Shown one piece after another: positions 1 through 14,077 of a DNA stretch of 64,000 bases. The notes beneath the pieces are model-generated. The model searched no databases. It saw only the letters and a list, made by a program, of their open reading frames with translations, and was not told where the DNA came from. Both the position numbers and the translations under genes were made by a program. Numbering within the stretch: the first letter of the stretch is position 1; the number at the start of each line of letters is the position of its first letter. Origin of the DNA: Nymphaea colorata (lineage: Eukaryota); NCBI RefSeq assembly GCF_008831285.2, contig NC_045138.2:40982001-41046000 (forward strand). Direction: 5' to 3'.

Positions 1-743
1 ATTATTAATATTGGTCTATCAAAAGTAAAGAAGGGAACTCAGAGAGAAAAATCATTCCTTAAAAAATGATGCTTATATGTGGCCATGCCATAGTGATAGT
101 TAACTGAAGTAACTTATTTATTGACTACATGCATAAAAAACAACTGCAACATAATTGCCCCCAATACCATTCCAAAACTATCTTCTAAAAGTAGATGCTT
201 TCCATTCCTTGATTGGACGTATAACTGTTGTTTAGTAAACAGAAAATAGACTAGTTCTACTTCTTATACAGTCCCAACGTTCACATTATAAAATGCAATA
301 CAACTTGTTACAGGATATACAGTTCAAGACAAGAAATAAACATTTCAGCAAAAGGTTGCATGGAGGGTTTAATGGGGAAAAAAAGTGCTTTTTTTTTTAA
401 TCTTGTTTGGTTCATCTTCAGTTGGGAGAGCTTAAACTGATTGGAAATTCTCATACAAATGCAAAATTTGAACAAATAAAGCAAAACAATAAAGGGTAAG
501 AAATAAAATGCAGAAAGATTACATAAAAATTTCTGTACAGATAGACGAAAGAAGCATTTTTAACATACCACAGAAATTAACATTTACAGTTATAGTGTGT
601 CTCCAATTCATGTACAAACAAGCATCCTTAAAAACTATTTCTCACATTCTAAACCAACTGGTCCAATCACAAGTAAGAACCTTTTAGCCTAAGTTATTAC
701 CAAACAATGCAGCAAATGCGTTAAACGTAAAGCTACTGCTTAC

Positions 744-3700
744 AGGATCATTTTTGAAGAACACCAATGACGTTCGTGTAAGTATGAACCACCGTCTCTT
801 CCATGACTTCCAACCAATTCCTATAAAAAACAAAACCAAGTGAACTCAAGTTTCTAATTTCATGTAGCACAGCATCAATTTCATGTAGCATAGCATCTTG
901 CTAGCCACACACATATCAAATTAAAGCTTCAAATGGGACAATGGAAAAAAAAAATAATATAACTGCAGAAAAAGATGAAGCTATCTAAAAATTTAAAGTA
1001 TAAAAGGAAAGAATTTAATTCAAGTAAAACAAGTTAAAAGTTATGAAAAATTACATAACGAGCAACAATTATCCATCCTTGTATTTTTTTAATAGAAACA
1101 AAATTCAAAACAGTAGCAGGACAATTGAAAGCAAGTGCACAGGCAGAAACATATGCCAGAATGAGATATTTCAAGGAATTTCAAGCCTCTTAGAGTCATG
1201 GTTGCATAGATGGAAGAATGAATCATATCAAAGAGAATTTTTCACCTTTGTCTTTTCCTACAGTAGACCAGACGCAGATTCGTAATGGTAGAGGACTTGG
1301 GTATGAGCCATAACACCCAGAATACAATGGTCCCATTGGGCACTAACCATTTTGAACCTTCCCTAGACCCTGGATATAACCAATTATGCATTAGAAGTAG
1401 GGTTGCAACTCTCCAGTTATGATTTGGCGGTTTCCATTTTGCAGTTGTATCTAATGTAATCTGAATCCAATTTCAATGTATTAGCTAATCCAAAGCCAAA
1501 CTATTTGCATCCTTGGTTGCAAGCACCAAAATTATCCTTGTTTGCAAGCACCAAAATCAGCTAAGAAGAAATTAGAAAATGTTGATGGCCTCTATAGCTT
1601 CCCTTTTACCTTCAGTTTCTCAGGCATAATACCAACTTATCCGTTCCTTTTAGTATTATTGGAACAAAATTACAACTCAAGAATGCAAGCCACACAAATT
1701 AAGGTGTAGCACACATATGTATACCTTCATCTCACATAAAATTTAACAATCGCCAAGACTAGTCATGATCTATTCAATAGCTGAAAAGCATGCATTGTTT
1801 TAGCTTCGCATTTTTTCATAAGCCATCCCTAATATAAAAATAGAAATTCCAATATTATAAAGTGCATATTGACTATAAAAATAATAAAAGCTTTTCTTGG
1901 CGTTTCAAGGTAAAGATCCATAAAGGCAGGGAATTTAGCTGCAATGGTCAGCTTGTGATAAGTTCAGGAAGTTTGCCATGAATTCATTGTTGAAGCCAAA
2001 GACATGTCACAAGCATTCAATCTTCTAAACAGTCCAGGCGAAATGGTACATCCAAGAAATGAGGCACAGCGGATACAAATAAACCAGCAATAAAGCCAAT
2101 GCACTAGAAGTGTTTGGGCAATTTAATATAAAAAGTGTTTGTTGGCCAACCACACAAGTAGAAAGTGAGCCCAATTCACAACCAAATAAACAATGAAATT
2201 CGTAACCAATGTCATGCTGAAAAGAAGGCAGACCATATTTGCATGTCTATATGATTATCTTAAGATGGAATCAGCAAAATCTTGCTTACCCTTTGAGGAA
2301 ATGAAAAGAGGACCACTCTTGAAAACCTGCATAGATGGAAAAATAACCTCGGTAAGAAATGCCATTAGGACCTCCACTTGTGTCAAAAAGAAAGCAGAAG
2401 GATTTCAGGGAAAGATTTCTGAAGTAATGATAGATAAGAAAACATCTTGTGACATGTTTAATGGACAATGGAAACAAAATAGAACAAAAAAAAGCTAAAG
2501 GAGCATGAATTATATGCAAATGAAAGTAAAGAAGGATACAGGAAAACAAGTTATATTAGATCCAAATGTACCGGCAACTAGGTTTCAACTCATAAGCAAG
2601 TTGTGGAATAACAGGAAGCAAAACTTGTATATTTAGTTCATGGAGGAAAAATAGAAAGAAAGTGAAACGAGTCATTTCCTTCATGTGTACAAGAATAAAC
2701 ATGAGACACGACAAGGCTTCAAGTATAGAGGTAGTAACGCATCTGTGGTACCATAAAGCTTGGAACATGTAAAGAAACAATATTTAAATTCCTTCATGCT
2801 ATGAAGATCAGCCACAAGGTTTTCTCTTGGATCCTACACATATGAAAAGGTTCATCAGGCAGCTTCATATGAAGTGAAGCAAATATTTCCGTATTTCAAG
2901 TGCAGATCCCAGTTTTTATTAACTTTTTGCTTCTGATTCACTTTTTCTATCTTATTCTAATACAGTTCTCTATTTTCTTCCAACCCAATTGCAATTTCGT
3001 ATATCCTACAAATTTAAAAATACTCTGCTTGTTGTGTCATTTCTCACCCCATCCACCAACTTAATTACTTTTGTCTAAATCATAGAAAGATTTTGATAAT
3101 AAGATCATGGTGCAAAACACTTTGTAGTATGATTACCATGAACATGCCTCGTATAAAAAAAGGCAAGTATTGGCAACAATTTGACAAGTACTTCTTCCCA
3201 ATTCAAGTAACCAAGGCAAAATGAAGGGAGCTGAATACAAGTAGTTGATTTGACCCTAGGTTTCAAAGTCACTTATTCACATTACCAAGTTCAAAGCCTT
3301 GTTCAAGCTCAGGTCATTCATAATACTGAACTAGAGAAGAGCTCGAGAAAATCAAATTAGCTTCAAGACAGATCAGTCTGAAAGCCCGACCGTCTAAATA
3401 TGGAGCATCTCTAAACATGTATGATCATTATAGATAAAGACATTTCACAAGCCTCTTTGAGTCTAGTTGAGCTCTGTACAGACGTTCAAGCTTGACTCAT
3501 CTACATAACAAGCCCAGGCTTTTAATGAATCGTGGGCCATGTACTCAAACCTATATGTGTGCAGGCCAAGGTGAAAATAATTTCAACCAAGCACGAGCCC
3601 AATTCAAATTAGCTTGGCTCGTTCTTTGCCCCAACAATAGAAGCACCAAAATTTCAAGCTTGAGAACTTATTATAAATGTTAGAAGAACCGTTCTCCGAA

Positions 3701-4656
3701 TATTGACAAACAATGAGCACATGTCAGAAAGTGTATGTCGATCTTTTGTGTACGTCTCCTAAATGTTAACAAAAAAGTGTTGTCTGGGAGAAATGTTACT
3801 CCAATCTCGTTGATGACTTGCATGACACGGACCATATGTTCCGAAAACTAGGTAAAAGCTGAGGGCACGTTTGCAACCGAAGCACAATTATCCCAGTGAA
3901 GGCAAACTGCAACGACGACCCTTTTTAACAATCTAGAGGTTTATGAGGCCAAGACAATGTCAATGTGAGTGTTGAGAACTTTATGGTTTCTTTTTGTGAA
4001 AATCATCAATAAGCAAACACCCTCCTCCCCCACAAATCGCACGCACATAAAACGCAGGTTGCAATTTCCGAGCTACATGGAGCTGAGTAATTACAGTAAA
4101 ACGCAATCAACACATTAAGCAAAGGCATGGTTTTGCAGGCTATAGACACATAAAAACATATGTATTCGTCAATCCAAGTTGGATGCCGAAAGAGGTTGTC
4201 ACTTCAAACAAAATCAAAGGAGTATCAAATAAATTCTCAATCACTCTTGCGCATTAAGACGATAACAATTTCTATGCATCCTCGCACCACCTCATCACAG
4301 TTTCCCAACCACTGACTGGAAAAAAAAACAAATCAACTAAGGACCTGCCTTACTGAAAGACTGAAAGAAGGAAAGTGTCCCAGAATCTACTGACAGCACT
4401 TCAAACCAGGCACATTCTTCTCTCAAATAACCAATAAGATGCAAAGAACAATAACACCAAGAGAAAAGAACAAAACCGGGAACGTTCAAGAATCCAACGA
4501 ACACCAGCCAAACCAGAAAATAAACGTTATCGGTATCAACCGAAACAACCCCAGAGAGAAAAACAATAATCATAACAGAACCCAGGATCCCCGCCGTACC
4601 GTGTTCGTCCCTCTACCTCTCGGGCGCTCCAGTGCCGTCAAGGGAGCAGACGCCAT
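744..4656 (-). CDS. PH-domain Rho (ROP) GTPase-activating protein (REN1/PHGAP family), 5' exons only; gene continues beyond the left edge
   Basis: Exons 4656-4600 (MASAPLTALERPRGRGTNT), 2326-2290 (VFKSGPLFISSKG) and 820-744 (IGWKSWKRRWFILTRTSLVFFKNDP) have GT/AG boundaries and consistent phases. The joined peptide matches the N-terminal PH domain of plant PH-RhoGAPs as recalled. An in-frame upstream ATG at 4737 is a possible alternative start. Confidence 0.9.
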
Positions 4657-7600
4657 TTCCTCCGAGACATGCGTCGCTCTAGTCAACCCTACCTCCCCGG
4701 CCTCCGCGCGATCGTCCGCGCCATAAATCGGAACCATGGACTGCCGATCTTCCCGGCAACCAACTCAGCCGCATTCCGGCCGCAGACTCCCCGCCGGCGG
4801 GACTCCGACCGGATCCGCCCCTTCTAGGGTTCGCCAAAAAACTCCGCAGCAGCCGAAAAAGAAGAACAATCGAGAAAACAGAGAGGAAGAGGAGGATGAA
4901 GAAGACGCCAAACTGATCAGAGCGAGAAAGCGAGAGGGAGAGAGAGAGGAGAGAGAGAGGAGAGAGAGATTCCACTTCTCTTATTAATAAAGCCAACCCT
5001 TTTTTCAAATGGACGATCAGAAGAACATGATTTCTTTCAATTTCTTCTTTTTTCCTTGCGCTCTTCCTTTTTTTTTATTTAATTAATTTCTCTCCCCTTC
5101 GCCCGCGCTCTGCTTTCGGGGACCATTGAGGTCAAAGCCAGAGTCTCTCCCTTTTACTTAATTCAGTTAAGCCACTCTGATTAAGCTTAACCACCTTCTG
5201 GTTTTATCCAACTACCCCCTTTTTATCGTAATTGCTGAAACCCTCCTTCCCCTCCTGATTGCATAATTTCTTTTGACCTTTTCAGGTTTGTCTCCACATA
5301 AAGGCCAGTTGGGCACTGGGCCTGTTCATGGTGGGTTGAAAATAATTGCCACTGGTGGTTTTTTTTTTTCCTTTATTTTATTTTTAAGGGGAAAAAAGTC
5401 TAGTGATTTTTTTAACTTTTCCTCTGTTTTATAATGGTACATAAGTTGGCTCCACCAGTGTTGGTTTCTGTCACTTGGAGCTCCCATTATCAGCTTGAAA
5501 TTTTTTAATATCTGAATTTATCTTTATTTTTGGCATTTAAGTGCGCCTCCCCAAGTAGGTTCAAGTGTTTGTATGTTTATTTATTGTTTGATTTTCTGTT
5601 GTTCCTGTATTTAATTTTGTACATGAAAACAAGAAGCCTTTGGTTCCAGTCTCTCTTCTTTTTCTCTCCTTTTTGTAAGGTGGCATTTTCTTGGCATTCA
5701 TATTTATTATGTAACTGGACCACAGAGACAGCTCTCTTTGTTTTTACGAGCACATGTTCAGCTCCCCTTTGTTACAACTTTTTCCTTTTCACTCACTCTT
5801 TTGGCCAGGCAGTTTTGTTTGTAGTCCCCTCACCAATATGATTCTATTCAATTCTGAAAATATGTCCCACTTGGAATTCAATTCCTTTTTTTTCCCCCAA
5901 CCAAGAAAACCATCAAGTTTTTCGGATGCAAGGCTTCCTAATTCAAGAGATGCTTGCTCGGTTCTCATGGCGTGTTTGATGACCTTGAATTTTCCTTACT
6001 TTGACCACTTACGATCAAACGCGAGAGAAAGTTATCCGTGGATGACTTCATTTTATAAGCTCGGGTTCTATTCTTCTGCTTTTTCTAGTCCGACCTATTC
6101 GAGATGATGCCGGACAAGCCGAACTCCCTGCCCTTCCTACTTCCACACCCTAGGGCCGTGATGATGTCTACATGCAGGGGCATTGCACTTTACAACTCGA
6201 TGTCGTGTCTTATCCCGTAAGGCATATGAGAGCAATGGCTATGAGAATTGAATTGATGATTCGCAAGCTTGCCCAACACAATCAGCTATACTATATATTT
6301 ACCTCAAAGCGTCAAACCTATAGGGGTTGTGAGTGTCAAGAACATGCCCCATAACAGGTTCATCAGGCACTGGAACTAGTGTTTTATGAATCTGCTCCAA
6401 ATTTTAAAACAGATTCACGAAGCACTCAAAAAGTGTTTCTGCTACCAAACAACCTTCTAAACTAGACTTTTTTTGAGGCCTTGTTCTTGTGTAATAAACT
6501 TTTCTGATCTGTCATTACTTGTGTTCAAACAGTTCAAGTTTCTTGTCCACTGTAATTTCTTGTCTTAGTTAACAATATTTAACTTGGTTGAATCAACACT
6601 CAACAGCAGGAAAGCTTGCATTAGGTGCAACTGCTCACTTTGAGTGCACATATGGGCACTCAAAAGTGTGCTCGGCCGTCCTGATTTGGCTCACAAGTTA
6701 TCCCCAATGTGAGTTGAGTGAATGAGTCTCGTTAGGGCAAAGCATATCCCCAAAGGTGCTCCTATGACCATGATTTTTTTAGTCATTATGGGTCCAATAC
6801 TATGTTAAGGCATTGTTTGATAGTGACATTTATTTATACTATTCTTACCACATTTCACCAAACTTTGACCCAGCATCATAACACAGTGCAAACTTGCATT
6901 GCAAGTAGCTGATTCGGCACATTACAATAATGTGTCTCAAAATTGCCAACCCCCAAAAACTGGACCAGCCTAGGTCCAGGGTCCGAAGGCACCCCCCGAT
7001 TCAAGGTGCCCGGATGCTCAATAGCTTCGCGACTCGCGAATCACGAGTCGGCATGACTCGGATCGCGATTTCAAGTTTGAAAGTCATCGAACGAGTCGAA
7101 TCGGTCCCAGGACACTGTGAAACTGTTTCGAGCACGAATCGGGTTTAGGCTGGACCGGATCCGGGACAAAGTCTAGATTGAAATACGGCCAAACCCGATG
7201 GCCGAGGGACTGGTGCGTGCTTTGATGAGGTTAGTGATTGGGTGTGCGTTGGTGACAAGAATGCCTTGTGATATGGGATTCTTATTGTTAAGTGTCCTAG
7301 TGAATCTTCATTTTTATTTTTATATGGTTCCATTAGTGTTGCCTCGGTTTTCGGCATTGGCAGTGGAAGACTAAATCATGTACAAATCGTTGGGCAACGC
7401 GATATTGGAGTTCTAACCTCAGATGAGAACTTAATGACAAATTGGATCTAGTCTTACATTATAAAAGACCCGAACCCGTTTCATATGATGCACTGAGTGG
7501 AACTTATTTATTGCGTTCTAGGCCTCCTTTATGCACAATTCTGAACCGGCCTTAGGATCCAAATTGTTGTAAAATGGTTCTGGATCTGACCGACGTACAA

Positions 7601-10600
7601 GGTGTGAGAGCAGATCCGGCCATCCCCCAAATCACCTTTTAAATGGATCTGGCATCTCCTCCCCACCCTTCTCAAACCGTTCCCAGTGCAAGTGATGGAG
7701 CCCAAAGAAGAAAAAAGTATGTTGTCTGGGCTCAGATCTCTTTGAAAGTGTGATTTGGAAGAACAGATTATGCTCCGGATTTTCAAATTTTGGTAGCTGT
7801 TTGGCAGCGTGGCTGACTAGTGAGTGGGCCACAAGGTTATCAGTAATGACTAGTTAACTGCGAGTTGACTTGGTTAAGAGTTAGGAGCCATGGGTCCATT
7901 GGGTCCCGTTATCGTTGAACCTTCCTCAGACGCGGCGAACTTTGACTCTCTCATGAGGTCCACAATGCGACTCCAAACTGAGCCGCTCAAACGAGGCTGA
8001 TTCTGCTTTTTGAATTTTCCAATCATCCAAAAAAGTCTGATTTATAAATAGCATCAACTTTGAATCAGAACATGGAAGTCATATCTATTTTTCACATTTT
8101 TTACTCATTTTAATAAACAAGACAATTGGGCAGGAGAATAGCACCGAGTCAACGATATATTGTGTCTATCAGGCATCAATGTAGGCCTAAAAATATCGGA
8201 GCAAGGTGTTTGGCTTTGATTTGGATGGTAGAATGAAATACTTTTCGCACCCACTTAAATTGGACAAACTTATATCAAATCATGCCAACTGGGTACTACA
8301 CAAGGACTTGCAGACAAACAACATCCACGGGTTTCGAACTAAGAATGCGTGACATCATATTTGAAAATATAGAGATCAAAATATAATGAAATTTCGCCTT
8401 GTTTTCAAAGGGCAGTAGTTAGTAAGGTTGTTTGAATGATAGGGGCGGATTATTGGGGCAACTTAATCTTCACCAAAGGGAAAGTTGGTCTACATTTCCA
8501 TGGTTGAGAATAAACCAGAATTGTTGGTGTTAGTTAGACCAATTCGATCATGTTGTGAAGAAAGTCCCCCAAGTGGGTTCGGTAACAGTCTAGCCATGTT
8601 GGACCACCATGGACCATGAAGACAAATGCGGTTGGCTTTGAAAGTTTTGGAGGCTGAAATAGATTAGTCGCCATAGGCTAGGAGCTAGTTAATTTCACTT
8701 CCAATTTGTTGGTCACTAGAGCACAGCGGCACCATGAGCTGAACCCCGTCTTTTCGAGCTCGGCTCATTCGTGTAAGCGAGCGAGCCTAGGGGTCAACCT
8801 GGGTGCAGTTATTGTTCAAAGAGTGCACATGAACCCAAGTAAGCTAAAGCAGAACAATGCTTCAGCTTCTTGATTTTACATGATAATAAATCAACAGACC
8901 GCTTTGAATTTATACAAGCAATCAAACAGGCCCTAAATGGCCGAACAGGAGACGCGGACAGGTCGGGTGAGGTCACAGGGGCGGCATATTCTGTCGTCGG
9001 TCCTTTCACTGGAAGCATATAAAAGAGGAGAGGAAGAGGATGTTGTGATGGGGAAGTAAGTCTTTGTTGTTTCCTTGTCAAAGTTTTTTCGAATTTATAA
9101 TGCGGCCTTTAAATTGCACGGTAGAAAGGCTTTTGGCTCCATTGATGAAATCCATATATTCACTGATGTGCTAACGAAATACCTTCTGAAAATACCTTCT
9201 GAAGGCAACGTTGCGGTACAGTGGGCGCGCTACTCGAGAGCACGTGATCTCCCGAACATTGCTGTTTAAGTACAGGGCAGGAAAATGTACTTTTCAAATA
9301 TTTAATAAATAAAAGAACGGATAACGTGTATATTCAAATTGAAAAAATAAATAAATAAATAAATAAATAAATAAGAGATGATGATCTAACGGTTGTTGAT
9401 GTTGTACCTGTTTTAACAATTTTAATCTTTTTTTTTTGTTAATAATGTAAGGTGAGAAATAAAAACTATATTATCATTCAAATCATATTGAAATATGAAG
9501 CTAATAGGCATGTGTGTTGTTTCCATATTGATGAAAAAATCCTATTTTCACATTAATATTTCATGAAAAAAAAATCATTTACATATTGATGTCTCTGGTA
9601 TCTTTCCCTTTTCTATGAAAATATATATATATAAATGTCGACTTTCATTATTGTTATTAATCGATTGACATACATTTCTGCAAACAATTGTACAATGTAC
9701 CAAACTCTGGACTTAATTCTTACAGGTGGGGCATAAAATTTAGCAGATCTTCAAATTTCAAACTTAGTTATCAAAAATTCGAACGAAACTTTTTTCTCTC
9801 CCTAAGCTCTATTTTTTATTGGTCTTATATGCATTTATGTGTTCGGCCAGTTCATTTTGACAATTATTTGATACGGTTTTTAGATTCAAACCAGTGTAAA
9901 CGAATAAAAAAGAGAAGATAATTTAGCTACTATTTTTTTATTGGCATTTCATTTTTAGCCTCACTTTCGAGGTCAAAAGGGTTGGTAAACAAAATTCGTG
10001 GAAAAAGTATGCTTACTTTTCGGCGTGAAAGGAAACCGTAGGAGAGTGTTTGCTCCACTCGCGAAAAGAAAAGTCTTCATGACAAAATATGTTCAACAAG
10101 TGAGACAATGATTTCCCACGCAAAAGTTTTCCGCTCTTTCATGCATGATTGAAGGAAGCACCTATGCCGGTTTGGTAGCTTAACAATTTTGATCTAAATT
10201 TCAATGGATACTTCATTTTTATTGATTTATAATTTGATAGATGATCATAGGATAAAATTCCAATATTAGTTCAATTTTTTTTGAAAGGTCATTTAGTAAC
10301 TTTTCCCCCCCCCCCCCTTCAAACAATAACACAGCTAGTAAGGTAAATCCGAGGCGCATCAATTATTGGTGAAAAAAAAATTATAAATTCCACATATACT
10401 AGTCCGTGCAAAACAAATATGTGAAAAAGAGATTGAAAATTAACTTGCTCTAGAAAAGGGAGACAACACTCTTTACTCATATCCCCACATAAATTGCATG
10501 TGACAAACTTAAGCGACAACAATGGAGAGAATGAGGTGATGGTCGGAGCTCATAGAGGTTTTACTTTGGAAGCATAGACCCATTAAATTGTTTGGTCCTT

Positions 10601-13600
10601 CCAAGGCTATCTCGCATTAAAAAAAAAAAAAACAGTTAGCTCATACTCGGCTGGTGCACATTTTATGTGTCAATAAGGTGGAACAAATGTGCTAGTTTAA
10701 CTACATTGGGTTTCCTAACAAAAACCTAATAACTGCATAAAACAAATACATTTTTTTTAATATACATTTTATATTAAATCATGAGTTTACCATGATCTTA
10801 TAGTGATGTATGTAAGAATTTTGGATAGTGGAGAGGACATGCTTATTCTAACCCACATGTTGCTCTTCCACTGTTCTTGCATGTGTGCATGCGCGCACGT
10901 GAATTTTTTTTTTTTTATCTTTTTTCGACTCATGGGTAGTTTACATTTTTGCTTTTTTTTTTTTTTTGGGTTTAAGATGCAGAGGGCTTTTGAAGGTAAC
11001 CATGGTTAATGGGGGATAATAAAACCTAGTTCTTGCTTCCACACAAACTCCGCATTCAAGCAAACTTTTGTCAATTTAAATTGCTAGCGGACACATCTAA
11101 GCCAGTAAGAGGACAAATTTAAACGCAAAATAAGAAAAACAAAAGCAATTGCCAAACACATCAAGGCAAAGAAGTAAGGGCAAATCCCACTGAACAAAGA
11201 TACCCTTCGAGGATGTGACTTTTAGAATATTGACAAAATATAAGCGGCTGAAAGTGATTTTATTACTGATCAAAGTCATTGTTTTTCTTGACATTCTCCT
11301 ACTCTTCGATGTTCTTCATCTGCTTAACGCATTCCCAATGAAATTGTTCTATCCCTTCATAAACAATTACTATCCAAATCCTACTGTGAGATTCACTGAA
11401 AACAACTTAAATGCCAGAAAAAGCCTCACAGAATCATAAACAACACATATTCCCAAATAAAAAATAATTTTTTTTATTTTATTATATATATTTATGTATA
11501 TCTAGTGAATTTTCTGAGGCGTTAGGTATGTTACTGTTGGAAACTGAGAAAGAGGATAAAGAATTCTGGAACGAGGAAAAATGATGCAGTTTGTTGAAAG
11601 TAGGTGGGAATTAAATAGGGTGGCGTGGGAGGGAAAAGTTAATGCGGAAATTAATGTCCAAAACAAACATCTCGACTTGAAAGTTGCGAATGCTCCCCTT
11701 CAACAGCAATCTCGTGACAAAAAAATCCGTTTTCATCCGCCCACGGCTTCACATGGGCAATGATTTGACGGGTTCCCGTGTTTGGAAGGAATCTACGTGT
11801 CCCCTGCCCCTCTCCACTCCTTCCTAGTTCCTTCCCGGCTACGGTTTCTGAAACTCTTCTTTGACTCTCAGGTAACGTTTGATGTACAGTACAGTGCAGT
11901 AAAGTTTCAACGTTTGATGCAGAGTACAGTAAAATTTCAAGAAAAAAATATGGTGAAAGAAAATTGAACTTAGAGAGGTCTGACTTTTTGGTGGGAATTC
12001 TTTTTTGAATCCAATGAAAAGCACAAAGTAAAATTTCCTACGTTTGGCAAAGCAATAGAAAACTGTGTAGGATCGGGGTAAAATTCTCATTATGCATAGT
12101 TTTTTTCCTATGCATCAAAAGGGGCCTCACATACGAGAGAAATCAGTTCTACTATTATACCCACTAGCAAAAGTTTTCCTTTAATTTTAAGGTCCTCCAG
12201 TTAAAGCTAAGAATCTAACCTCAAGTATTTCTTTACTGTTCTCGGTTTTTTTGCCGTGGATTAACAGGCAAGTGAAAGTTCGATCATCAGTTCAATATGA
12301 ACACTGCTCATTTTGACTTTAAACTGTTGATGTACAACACTTTAATTGATGGGTGTCATGGACGGAGGGAATGAGATGCCCACTTGGGCCACGGCTCGGG
12401 TGAGCGCACCCATCGCTCATCTTGGCCCTACCCATCGTTTCTCGTCATTCGACCCACAAATCGTTTGGCCCGTTCCTTAAAAAAAATTTGGCTCCGCCCC
12501 TGAGTGTCATGCTCTTCATTAGATTTGAAACCGTTTTAGATTTGGATGATAAAAAAAATGAGAGAAACTTCGGCCTCTTGAGAATATTTTTCCAATATTG
12601 TGGGTTGAAAATGACCATTTTCCCATTAAACAAAAACCTTCCTCAATGGAACTTGCCAAGCCTTCTTCACATGAAGTTTCAACAAACAAACCAAATGAGT
12701 AATGATAGAGGTTTGATCCGAGGAAATTGGAAAAATGAGGCCCATATCTGAGATTATACGTAAATGGTGTAGCGATAAAAGAAAAATGCGCTTTTACTAA
12801 TCATTTAGCGACCAAAGCTCGAAAACTGTTCAGCGAAATTATGGGACGGATGCCTTATAATATTATTAAAGCAATACTTTTAAGGTTTAATAAAACAATA
12901 TTATTAGCAACATTTCTAGGCAAGAATTTCTTCTATTATTTTTTATTTAACCGATGCTTTCCAAGTACGCTATCGATGGCAGTGCATAATCTGTATCCCT
13001 CAATATAAAAATAAGTCCGTACAAACATGTAATGTGGGATCCCATTGACTCCCCGCCTGAAAAAACTGTCACAGATCAGTAAAATAATTGCAAAAATGTC
13101 GTTTAAAGTCGAATTTGGAACTTAATTGTGAACAAGGAACTAGAATTTCCGTAATTTTATGGCACGGGCTTCTCGTTTCTTGAAACTGCTAAATAAAGGT
13201 TCATCCAATCATCGTATGCAGCCATAGCTTAAAAACTTGTTTATGAAAGCCTCCTCCAAAGAAAATGAAAGGCACCTACACTTTCCTTTTCTAAGGGTTC
13301 TGGAATGCATTGCGGCTTCAATAGTGGTATGCCTTTGCTTCGGCAAACTTCCTTACTTTTTTGTAGTTTAATGAGTAGTGCCTACGAGAATCGAAACAGA
13401 CATACTCTAATAACGTAGCTGCATACAGGCAGTCGGCAAATTTTTTGTTTATTTTACATATTTTTACATAGATTTCTTACAATTTTTTATTTATTTATAT
13501 ATGTCGTGTTCCTTCAAAAATGAAAATTTTTATAACAATGCCCCATAATAAAAATTTTTAACTCTGCTACTAATAAGCACCATTTGAAGTGTATGAACCG

Positions 13601-13860
13601 TTTAATTATTTAATTTAAAATGGTAAAATTAGTCTTAGATTACTCTCACAAAGCTATCAAACACAATCGATGCTGCATATGAGCCCTTCTAATTATTTAA
13701 TTTTAAAAATTATATTTAATAAATAATATAAATTATAAAGCATACTTAGCGTACAGGCAAGCTGCCGCATGAGACGTGTATTGTCATACGAGCTGATTTG
13801 ACAACACTAGCGACGATGAAGTCAAAGATCTTCTTTTACCATTTTAAAACATCTTTACTT

Positions 13861-14077
13861 GGGCGCGTTTGATTTTTCGATCTCAAAAATGTGATTGTCG
13901 AAATCCATAGTTTATATCAAATCACGAGATTTCAGTTTCTCGATTTTAAATCCACACTTCAATGTAAAAAGTGTGGATTTAAAATTAAATAAAAGGTCAG
14001 ATTTGAGAATCACGTATCTCAAATTCATGGCGATCTGATATCTCAGGAATCTAAAGTCCGCCGTAATCAAACGCAAC
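13861..14077. mobile_element. Tourist-like MITE
   Basis: GGGCGCGTTTGATT...AATCAAACGCAAC termini; internal inverted AAATCCACAC/GTGTGGATTT. Confidence 0.5.

Noticed and set aside
856..1560. Short two-copy tandem repeats (21 bp at ~856-897, 25 bp at ~1509-1557; also 33 bp at ~49144-49208)
   Set aside because: Ordinary slippage duplications in intronic or intergenic DNA.
7000..7925. Possible CGAGTC-rich non-autonomous DNA transposon
   Set aside because: Subterminal-like repeats are visible but TIRs and TSD could not be defined confidently.
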